Below, one piece after another: positions 23,339 to 35,473 of a DNA stretch of 64,000 nucleotides. Source of the DNA: Selaginella moellendorffii (taxonomy: Eukaryota; Plantae; Lycopodiophyta); NCBI RefSeq assembly GCF_000143415.4, contig NW_003314387.1, positions 248,001-312,000 of the forward strand. The letters run 5' to 3'. The position numbers and the translations under genes were made by a program. Positions within the stretch are counted from its first letter, which is position 1; each line of letters starts with the position of its first letter. Below the pieces are notes generated by a model. The model was not told the origin of the DNA. It was given only the letters and a program-made list of their open reading frames with translations, and searched no databases.

Positions 23339-23404
23339 TTAACATTTATAACCATGGCTTAAAGGTCTTTAATATGTACCTCGATAAAAATTAATAGATG
23401 CTAG

Positions 23405-23424
23405 AACCCTAAACGTTTAGGGTT
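23405..23424. promoter_or_regulatory. Telo-box-containing perfect 20-bp palindrome just upstream of the NOP14 ATG
   Basis: AACCCTAAACGTTTAGGGTT is self-complementary. TAGGGTTT is the telo-box AAACCCTA on the minus strand, typical of plant ribosome-biogenesis genes. Confidence 0.55.
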
Positions 23425-23430
23425 TAAGCG

Positions 23431-26400
23431 ATGGCCAAGAAGAAGCGCCCGGCCAAGGCTGCGCCTCGTCCGGCTGCTGCTGCTCCCAGTCTCTTCGAGA
23501 CGCTGTGGTCGCGGCGGAAATTTGACATTCTCGGCAAGAAGCAGAAGGGCGAGGGGCGCAGGATTGGCGAGTTGCGATCCCGCGGCATTGAGAAGGTATT
23601 CGTATGCAATGCCCGCATTTTCGATTTGGAGCCGATTGTGGGGAACTGTTTTGCAGCGGAAGAAGACGATATTGCGGGAGTATAAGCTTCGGCACAAGAG
23701 CAATGCTTTCGTTGATCGTCGGTTTGGAGAGAATGACGAAGAGATGAGCGAGGATGAGAAGGCGATTATGCGGTTTCAACGTGAAAGACTGGTGCATTTT
23801 TTTTTTATTGCTAGAAACTAAGTCTCTTGGTTGGTCTTTCGTGTAGGCTCAACTCCAGAGGAAGAGTAAGTTTGCACTGCCCGACGCTGAGGAAGAAGAA
23901 GAAGAAGAGGGAGATCTTCTTACTCACAAGGGAGCAGCTTTATCGACCTTGGATGACTTTAATGAAGATGTTTCGTTAGACGATGAAGAAGAGCTTCCTC
24001 AGGTTGCCGGAGCACAAAAAGAGCTCAATTTCGGAGGTGGTTTCACGGACGCTGATCCCGCGAGAAAGGTTAGATAGTTTCTATATTTCTTTCAAGGTGA
24101 TTTCACTCTTAAGATGCGATTGGTATCAGGAGAAACGATCAAAGAAAGAAATTATGGAAGAAGTTATTGCCAAAAGCAAGCACTTCAAGGTATGCTCATT
24201 TGGTCGGTCCATACACCGGCGTACTCAACTTTGCTTATTTGCAGGCCGTGAAAGCCAAAGAAAAAGAAGACGACCTTGATCTCAGAGAAAAGCTGGACAG
24301 CGATTTTAAAGTTTTGGCCGAAACGCCAGCTCTGCTCTCTTTGATGCGTCCCAAAAAGATTAATACTTTGAAGGCTCTCTTGGCGAAAGGCTCGATTAAG
24401 AATGATAAAGCTTCTGACGCAGATACCGAGAAGGTACTTCACACACTGTCCTGCAATACTTGGCTTATATATTTGTGCAGGAGAAACCAGATGACTACGA
24501 CAAGCTGATGAAGGAGATGGCTTTTGAAATACGCGCACAGGCTTCGGAGAGGCTAAAGACATCCGAAGAGATTGCAAAGGAGGAAAAAGAACGTCTAGAG
24601 GAGCTCGAGGCACGTAATGAATCTTCCAAGTTCTGTAGACTTTCTGACAAAACTTTTGCGTGCTTTAGAAAAAACGGATACAAAGAATGACCGGAGCGCA
24701 GGAATCAGACTCTGAGGCCGACGAAGACGACGGAGGTTCGAAGCGGAAGAAGAAGAGAAAGCGTGCTGAGATATCTGGTGATGATCTCGGTGAAAACTTT
24801 GTTCTGGAAGAGGAGTATCAAGAAAAGGGATGGGTGGACGAAGTCATGGCCAGGACTGAGGCTGAGAATCCAGATGCTAGCGATACTGACAATGAGGAAA
24901 ATGGCGACGACGATGATGAAGAAGAAACTAACTTCGATGAAGCTGTACAAGGTGAAGACAGCGGAACATCAGGCAGTGAGGAGTCCACGAGGGAGGAGCT
25001 AATCGAGGAGGCGAAATCTACGTTACGTAAGGAAGACGAGAGTGACGACAAAGATATAGAAGAGTCCCGTGAGCTTCCGTTCGTGATCAACGCACCTCAG
25101 ACTCTCGAACAGCTCCTGGGGCTGGTTAAACACAGGTCAACTGAGGAGCTAGGGGTGGCAATTCAACGGATCAGAGCTTGTAATGCCATCAGTCTAGCGG
25201 CCGAAAACAGGAAAAAGATGCAGGTACTTGTTTATCTTGGTTTTTCTGTTTCTCCCTGACTAATCTTTTCTGCTCCAGGTGTTCTACAATGTTTTGGTGT
25301 TGTACATTTCGGATTTGGCGGGAGTGAAACCGTTACCTCTGGATAGAATCAACATGCTAACGAAGCCGTTGATCGAAATGAGTTTAGAGACGCCTTATTA
25401 CGCAGCTGCGTGTGCACGTGAAAGGCTGATACGCATGCAACAAGTTTTGTCGGACAAGCTACGAAGCAAAGGTATGCTGCTCTTGCGCGTTTCAATGTCG
25501 ATTTTTGTTTTAACTTCGACCTTAATCCAGTGTAGATGGAGATGAAAGCAGCTGCTGGCCGTCAGTGAGAACTCTTCTCTTGATGAGGCTTTGGTCTCTT
25601 ATATTTCCTGGATCGGACTTTCGGCATGTAGTCATGACACCATTGGTACTTTTGTTGGGAGAGTATTTGATGCGTTGTCCAGTTACTTCAGGCCGAGATG
25701 TTGGAGTTGGAGCCTTTCTATGCTCATTGGCACTTTCAGTGAGCACCGATTTTTTCTTCTTTTGTTTTTAAACCTGCTTTTGTTTGATAGATCATGAAAC
25801 ATGCTCGGAGATTTTTCCCAGAGGCTTTGAGCTTTTTGTTGGTGCTGCTGTCGACGGGCCTGCCAGATAGTACCGCGGCCAGAAAAACGGTAAATTTGTA
25901 CGACCATTTTCTTTTTCTGAAGTAAGCTGGTGGTTTCCAGGGTCCACAATTTTTGAGAGAGCTTGTTGGAAGTCGGCCTTGGTTACTTCTCAAGGACGAC
26001 AATTCTGATAAAAGCTTTTGCGACCCGGACTTCCCAGAGTTAATGGCGGCAGATGCCGATTTGGATATCTTTGACACGGACTCCTTCAGGTTTGGTTATA
26101 CCGCTGAGGTCGTTTAATAAGTCGGTTCTGGTAAATTCAGGTGTGGCATCCTGAATGCTTCCATCCAAACATTGAAAGGATTCGTAACGATTTACAACGA
26201 CTTGCCGTCTACTCCCGAGATCCTCAAGCAGTTCGTTCCTGTACTGCTGGAGCTGTCCTCCTCAAAGCTCCTCCCAAAGAGTTTAAAGGCAACCATAATC
26301 GACACGCTCGAGCTCATCCATAAGACAGTAGAGGAGCTAGAAAAGTTTCGGCAGCCTTTGCAATTGCGGCTGAAGAAACCGACTCCCATCAAGCAGTTCA

Positions 26401-26745
26401 ACCCGAAGTTTGAGGAAGAGTACGTAGTCGCCGCTTTACGATTGTTCTTCTAACGTGGTGGTATTCTTCTTCTTTCTCAGTTTTGCCAAGGGAAGAGACT
26501 ACGATATTGATCGAGACAGGGCGGAGAGGAAGAAGCTGCGGCGCCAAATCCAACGCGAAGCCAAAGGCGCGGCTCGCGAGCTGAGGAAAGACAACCAGTT
26601 CCTGGCTGCGGAGAAACTGAAAGAACGAGCCGAGGCCGAGCAGGAGCGTGAAGACAAGTACAAGAAAGCCATGGCATTCTTGGAAGAACAAGAGGCGGCC
26701 GCCAAGTCCGGTCAGCTGGGTCGAAAGAAGAAAAGGCGCCGTTAA
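23431..26745 (+). CDS. NOP14: Nucleolar protein 14 (SSU processome), multi-exon
   Basis: FETLWSRRKFDILGKK, F.DRRFGE.DE, KRSKKEIMEEVIAKSK, ISGDDL, NAISLAAENRKKMQ, FPGSDFRHVV.TP, PIKQFNPKFEE, REAKGAARELRKDN.FL. Short GT-AG introns. Confidence 0.93.
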
Positions 26746-26765
26746 GACAATGTTTATTTCTACAG

Positions 26766-27660
26766 CTAAAATAAGTTTCTCCGGATTAGTTGAACTAGTT
26801 TCGATCTATGCCTCATCACCTTCAACTTCCATGTATAGAATTCTTCTTCTTGTTCAGTGCCTCTTCTTGTTCTGCTTGGAGCTGGCGCTGTCGTCGTTGC
26901 TTGATCATCGTTGGCCTCGTGAGGTGGTGGAAGGTCTTCCACTTCTTGCCATGGAAAATGCACCTCCTCTGACGCTGCATCCTTCATTTCTTCGGGAGAA
27001 AAAGGCCCGCAAGCTGCACGTTCCAGCTCCTCCGCGGAATCCCATGGAAAGCCATCCACGTATGGAATCATCTCGTCCTCCCGAACTGTTTCGAACGCTA
27101 CCATCGCTGGCAAGGTTGCCGAGCGTGATGCATCGGGATCATCACGGCTAGCCAGCGCTGGCCCGGAGCTTCTGGCGATGGGACTCGCTATCCGCATCGC
27201 TGCACCCCTGAAGCTCGTCGTTGCAGCCAGTGCTTGGCAGCTCGTACAGGTACAGGACGCTCTTGAATCATCAGTGAAACTGGATGCCGTGATCAGTGCT
27301 CGAGCTGGACGCTGCCGTGCCTTGGACCTTGGAGTTCGGCCTCGTGAAACAGATCCTCACCCGGCCATTCTTTTGGTTTCTTCTTCTCTTGCGAGAGCTC
27401 TTTTTATACCATTCATGCCATGCGTTAGTTTGTGCATTTTGGAAGTCCAAATCGAAACGTTGTCAAAGCTCATAATTTTGTGGCAAAGCAACACCTCTTT
27501 CTGTGTTGAAACTCTAGGCATCGCTGCCGTCTTTTCTGGGACTGAAATATGATAGAGAATCCATTCGTGGAGTGTTGGAATCCCCATCGCCACCACCTCT
27601 CTCCAAACATGCCATGCAAAACTCCAGCGAGCCAGTACACGCTATCCATGTCTCTTAGTC
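26766..27660 (-). other. Unknown acidic, low-complexity ORF (26766-27197) with upstream region; paralogous to 900-1830
   Basis: 143-aa ORF and sequence similarity to 900-1830. No family recognised. Confidence 0.35.
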
Positions 27661-27769
27661 CAATTAGCTTGCCCAGCCAGCAGAATTTTACCAAGATTTA
27701 AATAAAAGATTTTTTTAAAGTAATTAGCCTAAATTAAGGTTCAAGTTACACAGGCCGAGGGCCCAAAAC

Positions 27770-28280
27770 ATTGGTAAAAATGCTAAGTCGATGCACTCTA
27801 GAGGGGTTGTCCACTGCAATCTCAAGCTCAAAAACATCTTTGAGAGGCTCAATGCCACTGCAATGGATGAAGTGGTGATCGGAGACTTTGACATGGCCAC
27901 AAACAAGTAGTGGGACATGCAGCAGTATTGTCAACTGTGGAACATTGAAGTACATGGTGCATGAGGTGGTGGCAGTGAAGAGAGATGGAGCTTGAGGATC
28001 ATGAGCAAGTTACATGTTGGTTGTGGACGTGTGGGGACTGTGGGTTATTGTGTATGAGTTGGTAAAAAACTATAAACTGAGGGTAAAGATGGATATCTTG
28101 GGAGCCAATGCATTTCCAAACGATTTTGCATGTGCAAAGTGGAAGATTTCATTAAGAAAATACTTTTATGGAGCCATGACTTTGGATGGCATGCTTGGAA
28201 ATCCCTAGATCGTCAAGTATTATGGCAGTGGAAAGATCCAAATGAAGATGGCGCACAGAAGACATTATGGTGTGAAGAGT
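27770..28280 (+). pseudogene. Degenerate Ser/Thr kinase fragment, paralog of 62786-63686
   Basis: GVVHCNLKLKNI...DEVVIGDFDMAT...CGTLKYMVHEV...VDVWGL.VIVYEL, with stops. Confidence 0.8.
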
Positions 28281-28710
28281 AGACTTTCTGTCATCAGCAA
28301 GGGCTTGATCATGAAAAATATTTTAATAGAATAGCTGTGAGAGCCAGTAGTCTAGTAAGTATATTATTTTCTTTTAAAATGGTTTAAGTTAACTTATATT
28401 TTATTTAGTGGGGACACATAGATGTATGTGAATATGCACCTTCTTATGAATTTCAGGAGCTTGTTTTTGGAACATTAAATACGAAAAAATTCACGCCTGG
28501 AAGGACACAAACATAAAATTCCAAGAAAAAACGACAACAAAGGATCGTTTCTATTCTAAACAACAGAAACTTGGATTAGACTCACTCAACCTCTTTTTTG
28601 ACTCCCCAAAAAAATCTCTTAAAAATATCAAAGATAGAAAACAGCCCTTCTCAGTCTTGCAAGAAACAAATGCAAAGAAGAAAAGTTAACAGGAGACTCG
28701 ATGAAAAAAC

Positions 28711-29329
28711 TTAATACTGCCGTCCGCCTCTGGCTTGAATCTCCTCGAGCGAGAGATCGGACAAGAGCCTCGGCCTGCCTGGTGTCTCATTGATCACCTT
28801 GCCAACCGTGTCCACTGCTGGATGCCCCAGAAAGTCTAGAGTCTGCAAGAACAGCTTCAAACGTAAATGGCAAAGACGAAGAAGATCAAAGGCTACTACA
28901 GACGTGATGAATGCCCAAGAGAATAGTGAAAGGGATCTTCCTGGCCAACAGGTACTCCTCGTCCGCTCGAGCCAAATCCTGGGGCGAGAGGCCGTGCACG
29001 CGACGGCGCGCGTGGAAATCCATGAGCGCCAAGGACTCCGGGAAGCTGTCCGCGGCCACATTCTTGATGCGGTAGAGCGAGTCGGAGAAGCGAACCACTG
29101 TCAAAGGCCAGCCGTCCTCGTCCTCCAGGAGTGGAGTGTCGCTCACCTCCTTGCCGGCCATCTCCTTGCAATCCTCCACGGCGTCCCGGCTCAGCTCAAA
29201 TTCGGCAGTGCCCCCTGGGACATCGGGTTCTTCCAGCCTCAAACACACGGTCGCACCGGTGCCAATTCTCTCAAACGTCGCCCAGGCATCTATGGCGCTC
29301 CCCACGCTGACATACATCGCAGGGCTCAC
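28711..29329 (-). CDS. Unknown protein, possibly frameshifted near 28890
   Basis: GC-rich coding-like ORF 28886-29329 that appears to continue in another frame to 28711. No recognisable motif. Confidence 0.35.
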
Positions 29330-29593
29330 AACCTAAACGGATATATCTTGACGGCCTGGATAGTGTCTCAGGGATATTCATACACTCGTGTGGCCTATGA
29401 ATATCGGTGGTGCCAAGCATCTTATCTTGTCATAGTTGGTTTCAAGGGAATGCTTGCCAATCTTCCAAATGCTACTCTATGTTTTGCTTACTCTTGATGA
29501 ATATAAAAACCTGCACACATTTTTAATTAATGAGAAAAAAATTCTTAATTTTTATTATTTTTACAGAATCATATTAATTTATACAAGTTGTGT

Positions 29594-32500
29594 TATGAGG
29601 TTTAAGTGTGCGGCTATAATGCCACATACTATTATTAATATAGTGGGATTTGGTAGTCTCACTCTTGTATATAAGTTAAGGTTTTTGGTGCATATTTTTA
29701 TCTTCTATTTTTATATTCTATGTAAGGTGACAAACAATTTTGATTGTGCTTAGGAGTGTTTGGATTTATGCTCTTGGTTTAAATCTAACTTTTATATTGT
29801 CTAAATTTCTCTTTTCTTTTAGTTTTTCAATTATTTTTCTTTTGTTTTTGTTCTTTTCATTCATCTTCATGGCAAAATTAGTCTCCTTCTCCTTTGACTC
29901 TGGAGTAATAATTGGTGTAATTGTTCAACTATGTAGTTGCAGTTGTACAATTAGCTTGAATTGATGATAGCATTCACGGAGTATAGTGCAACTCCTACTT
30001 TTGCTACCAATCTTGAGTTTTTCTATAGGAATCCTGAGGAGGATATGTACTATTAATTCAATCATTTTTAAGATGTTGTCTTTATTGAGTTTCCCACATG
30101 TCTCCAAAGGATAGTATTGTAGTGATATAATGGTTGAATGTAGCCATTTATGCATATTAAAACCTTCTTATGTTTGGCCTCTTACTTTATATTGAGTCAA
30201 ATATGTAGGAGTGGATTAAGTTGAAAATGTTGTAACTAGTATTTCATTAAGATCTTGTAAGACTTGTGCATGCATTTGTTTTAACAACCTTTAACAATGC
30301 TTTGTGACTAACACAATGTTATGAGGTAGCACCTTTCTCACTTATCATTACATATATTTCAGTTTTACTTTTTGTAGGAAATGATTCTATTCATATGGAG
30401 GTTTACATTGTTATTGAGACTCTTAATTAAAAGAAAAAAGGGGTGTATTATTATTCATAGGCTCTTTCCCTTTATATTTATTTTTAAAGTTATTTTTTCT
30501 GGTCTCTTCTAATTCATCACATTTCTTTACAAATTCATACCTTTGTAAACGGAAGTTAAAAGTTGTAGCTCTTTTGACACACTACCCCTTATGTAAAACC
30601 TAACCAAAGCAAATGAAACCAGTATAAGTAGGTCACCTAATAAATGTTTAACCCTAAATATCTTAAAACACTTTTAACTGATTAGAAAAATTAATGCATT
30701 TTTGTATATGGACCTTTTCTTTTTATATTTGAACTTGTTTTTCAAGTTGTTGTCTTTGGTTGCTTATATTGGCATCCTTTGTTTTCTAGGTGGAGGCCTT
30801 GGCATCAACAACATCTTGTAACATAAAGTCTTGATACAAAGATTCTTTCGAAAACGAGGAGTTGCACAAGTAGTAGATGGTGTTTGTTCTTCCATCCTGC
30901 TTTTAAGAGTATCAAGGGGTTCATTTGCCACCAATTCATCTAATGTTTATTTTCCAAACTTGTTTTTATAACAAGAAGTCTCTTATTATTCTCTATATCA
31001 ATTAATATATGTTCAAGTTTATCTTCTATTGCTTGGGTTGTTGCCACATGTTATCATTTATAATTATGTCATGTAGCAAAGCTAATCTTCATTCTCTATA
31101 ACAATGGTTGTACACTTGTATGTATACAAAATAAGGTGAACTTAGCTATGTATATGGGTGATATTGAACTTCAAGTATTGTAAATTATGTTAAGTCAAGT
31201 TTTTGACCTCATCCTTAGTATAGATTAATTACAACGCAATTATACCAAATGTGACTTTGAGGCTTCTCCCTTTATTTTTCTTCTATTCCTTTCATTTTTA
31301 TTTTATTTTATCTTTTTACTTTTATCTCTACTTCTATCACTTTTATCTCCATATTACTTTCTATTGTGTTTTCATTTTACTCATTTATTCCCTCTTTAAA
31401 TCCCTTTTATGGTTTTTATGTTGTAGTAGTTGACCAGCTCAAAGATCTCTTCAACTTTGACTTATTGTTTAGGGCCAACATTAGAATATATCATCCTATT
31501 TCAATTAAAAATGTTTATCCAATCAAGGTTCCTATTCAATGTTTGTCACTAAAGGAGATCAAGATTTTACACACAAATGTGAAGATATTAAAGAAGGGTG
31601 TTATATAAAAGTCTCAAAGTTCTAAAGTCTTTAATTTTATATCAACTATTATTCATTAAATGAGGTGAGTATCCTGGATATATATCTTTTTCTTCGTATT
31701 GTTTATCTTTTAGATTTTTTTGGAAAAAATCATTGATTCATTAAGTTAGATTTTGTTTTTGAGTACTGACATGTACCAATGGCCAAGAAAAATGTTCATA
31801 AAATTGTTTTTCATACAACATTTAGCTTATATAAGTCTTTAATGATATCGTTTAGTTTGAACAATACTTCATTTTCAACAAGATTCTTTATGATATATCA
31901 AAGGTGATTAATAACTTCATCAATGATGTCTTGATTTACTCAGAGGGGATGTGGTAGAATTATATTTATAATGTTTGCATGATGTTGGATTTACTGCAAG
32001 AAGTTGGTTTAAAGTTGAAATAGTCAAGATGCATATTTGGGTTTAAGGATATGACTTATCTTGGGGACTTGTATTTTTTGTGAAGATTTACAAATTGATT
32101 TTGACAAATTTATGACTTCTTTAAAGTTTCATACTCCAAAATGCATAAATTATATGTAGCACTTCTTAAATAAAGTGTAACATCTTAATTGTTTTGTTGA
32201 TCATGTTTTTTTTATTATATTGAACCATAGCAAACATTATTGAAATTGTCAACATTCTTTTTCATCTAGTCTAAAGAATGTGGGCAGGTGTTTATGAATC
32301 TCAAAAAGCTATTGATAATTCTTCTAATCTTGGTGTTTCTAATTATAATTAACCTATTCATTTTATGCGTGAATGCTTCTTATTTCAGTCTCGGGGGTGT
32401 ATTGATGCAAATGAGTCTGGTCAATATCATTCCATTGCATATATTAGTTGTATATTGTAACTAGAAAAAATGAACTACTCCATAATAAAAAAGTGTTTAG

Positions 32501-33690
32501 TAGTAGTTTGGGGTTTTAATAAGTTTTATGCATATTAGCATAGTTTTCATATATTACTAAGTGATTATCATATAATTACTTCATTATTAAAGTGAAAGAA
32601 CTTGATTAATCATACTACTCAATTGGGTTCAAATATATAATTTCAAAGTTTTTTATTTCCTAAAGGGTTCTATAGCTAATGTTGATACTCTTTTTTGAAC
32701 TCTTGTCCATTTTTTGCTCTCTTCTCATGTTCATGACAAGTCTATATTTTTCCAATATTGATAGACTTTCTAGACAAGGATTCCATGCCATCAATAATTG
32801 TTGTATTTGATATTTAGCATTTACAAGGTGTAAAGCAAAATTTACCTTCTCTTGACAATGTTTATGAGGCTCGAAAAGTTGAGCTGTGAATCCAAAAGCT
32901 TTATAATAAGTTTGAGAATTTTGCATCACTTGTTAATAGTTTGCTCTTTTAGCATTTCTATTCATAATATCATTTTAAAGACAATCTTCTTTATTTTGTG
33001 GGGATTAATCCTAAATATCATTTATGGTGTCTTTTATTTTTATTCTACACTTTCTCGATGCCTACTATGACTCTCGTATCTTAGGCAGCCATATGAGACA
33101 TTGTCATATGATTGAAAATCTTTTTATCAGATAAAGATGTAATATGATGTTATTTGTTATGTGTGTAGTTGCATTTAGTGCCAAGCTTCTAATACTCCTC
33201 TTCATGTTACAAAAGGACATTGAAGTCATTGCAATTTCCCATTTGCATTTGATTTTATAGGGCCTATCTGACAGTCAATTACTAACAATGAATACATCAT
33301 TATTACCTTCAACAATTTGATTCATTAGGTGGAAGTTGATACTCTTGCTAATGCATCTGCAACTACTTTTATATACTTCCTCCTTAAGCAAATGGTGTTT
33401 CAGTATTTTATCTAGAGTAGATTTTCTCTCAGATAATAGTTTTGCATTTATGGCTGGGGCATTTCATGTTTTGACATCTCAGTTAAGGATATGCTATACT
33501 TTCAAGAGTGCTTATCATCCACAGATGGATGATTTAATAGAAAGGCTCATTCTAACCTTCAAAAGGATAATTGTGAAGTATATAAATTTTCAATATTTAG
33601 ATTAAGATAGTTATTTGTAGTATTTAGTATGCATATGTTACAGAGGCACAAAATTTCCTTAGTACTTCATCATATGAACTTTTACATAGT
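29594..33690 (+). mobile_element. Highly degenerate, AT-shifted gypsy copy C of the same family (5' LTR through integrase)
   Basis: 29594-29725 resembles the 176-bp LTR. The interior is colinear with copy B (gag, RT, RNase H, integrase) with pervasive C>T and G>A changes. Confidence 0.85.
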
Positions 33691-33694
33691 TATG

Positions 33695-34195
33695 GAACCG
33701 GCCAAAGTTGTGCCTCGTCTAGTTGTTGCTATCTGTTCGAGATGCTGCGGCAAGAAGCAGAAGGGCAAGGGGCACAAGATCGGTGTATTGCAATTGCATT
33801 TTCAATTTGGAGGTGATTGTGGGAAATGCAGTGGAAGGACACGATATTGTGGGAGTACAAGTTGCGGCACAAGAGCAATGCTTTTGTTAGTCATCGGTTT
33901 GGAGAGAATGATGAAGAGATGAGCAAGGATGAAAAGGCAATTATGTTGTTTCAACATGAAAGACTGATGCATTTTTTTATTGCTAGAAACTTAGTCTCTT
34001 GGTTGGTGTTCCGTAGTAGAATAAGTTTGTATTACCTGTCACTAAGGAAGAAGAAGAAGAGATATTCTTACTCAGCTTTATAGATTTGGATGATTTTGAA
34101 GATGTTTCAAGGACGATGAAGACAACCTTCCTCAGGCTGCCTAAGTGCAAAATCTCAATTTTAGAGGCCTGCAAGAGAGGTTAGATATTTTCTAC
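33695..34195 (+). pseudogene. NOP14 5' fragment with introns retained
   Basis: Matches 23447-24090 (ILWEYKLRHKSNAFV..RFGENDEEMS.DEKAIM), including intron sequence attgctagaaact.agtctcttggttgg. Confidence 0.88.
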
Positions 34196-34844
34196 ATTCA
34201 AGCTTTTAGGTTTCTAATTTATAAGGAATTTTAGTGCTAAAGGTGAAATCAATATCGACCAAAAGAGGCTATGTATCAATTGTAATGTAATCAGCACTAG
34301 TCATGCTAAAAAATTTAAATAATTTGTTACATGTTGGTGCATGCAACACTGCAATGCTGCATGGTTTGATTAATAGTAATACAAGATTACTCTTATTGCA
34401 TATCAACTATGTTTAGGAAATTTTATACATTATAAACATGTTTTTAAATCTTAAATACAAATTAGTCTAAATAAATAACAACTATTAGATGATACAATAT
34501 CCCAGAATATCAAAGTACTTTCTAGGTATATTCATTGCTCTATCTCAACCTGATAAAATAAATTTAGAATAAATTATATATAAACAGTATTTAAATTATC
34601 ACTCATTTTGAGTCTTAAATTATATTAATTATTGTGTATAAATTTTAAAATGTTATTTGAGATATAAAAATAATCAATAATAAAATCATAAAAAGTGTAT
34701 TTAAAATTTAATTTTTATATATTAAATCCTTTAATTTATTTGAAAGTGGTTTAACTTAAATATAAATGAGAATTTTGTCCTTATATTTAACAAAAACTCC
34801 TAAAATTTTTGAACTCAAAATTTAAATATGCACAATTTATTCAC

Positions 34845-35400
34845 AGTGAGTGCATGGAATATGAAAGTGGAATATAGAAAAATACATATTTTATTAGCCA
34901 AAAAACCCTAACTTATATAGAAGAGTGAGTGGTTTTGATAAAATTAATCCAAGGGCTACTAAAATCTCACTATACTAATAATAATATAGAGCATTATAGC
35001 CATAAATTTGGACTTCTTCTCAAAAGAACAAAAGGTAGTTAAAGATTTCTAGTTAATGGGCCGGGATACAAAGGGATTAGGAACAACTAGCACTACCTAC
35101 AAATTCTTTAGTGCCTTTTAATATTCCTATAGAAATTTCCTATAACACTTCCATTCTTTTGAGCAAAGAGATATTATAAGATTGGGAAAATGAATTAACA
35201 CTCAATCATCTATTTTATACTTTGTAATTGGATGATGGTTAAAATTATAGTCCCATTTGTACATGGCCCAAGTGTTTAATAAACTCTACTTAAACCAATA
35301 GAAGAGTTTTCATTTATTGATCTTAGGACTTAACATCAATAGCTTGTAACAATCACAAAGGTAAACTCAATTTAATTAGCAATATCAGATTATCCATCAA
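34845..35400 (-). mobile_element. Gypsy remnant D (3' LTR plus integrase tail), degenerate
   Basis: 34845-35015 matches 8006-8181 in the same orientation; 35170-35390 matches 10215-10440. Confidence 0.75.
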
Positions 35401-35473
35401 CACAAACTACAGTACATTCCGAGAATCATCATGGCTTGGGGATTTAGGGTGCGCACGCCCTTGGGTTAGTGGA

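Noticed and set aside
28790-29497. 235-aa plus-strand ORF
   Set aside because: It looks like the shadow of the more protein-like minus-strand ORF at 28886-29329.
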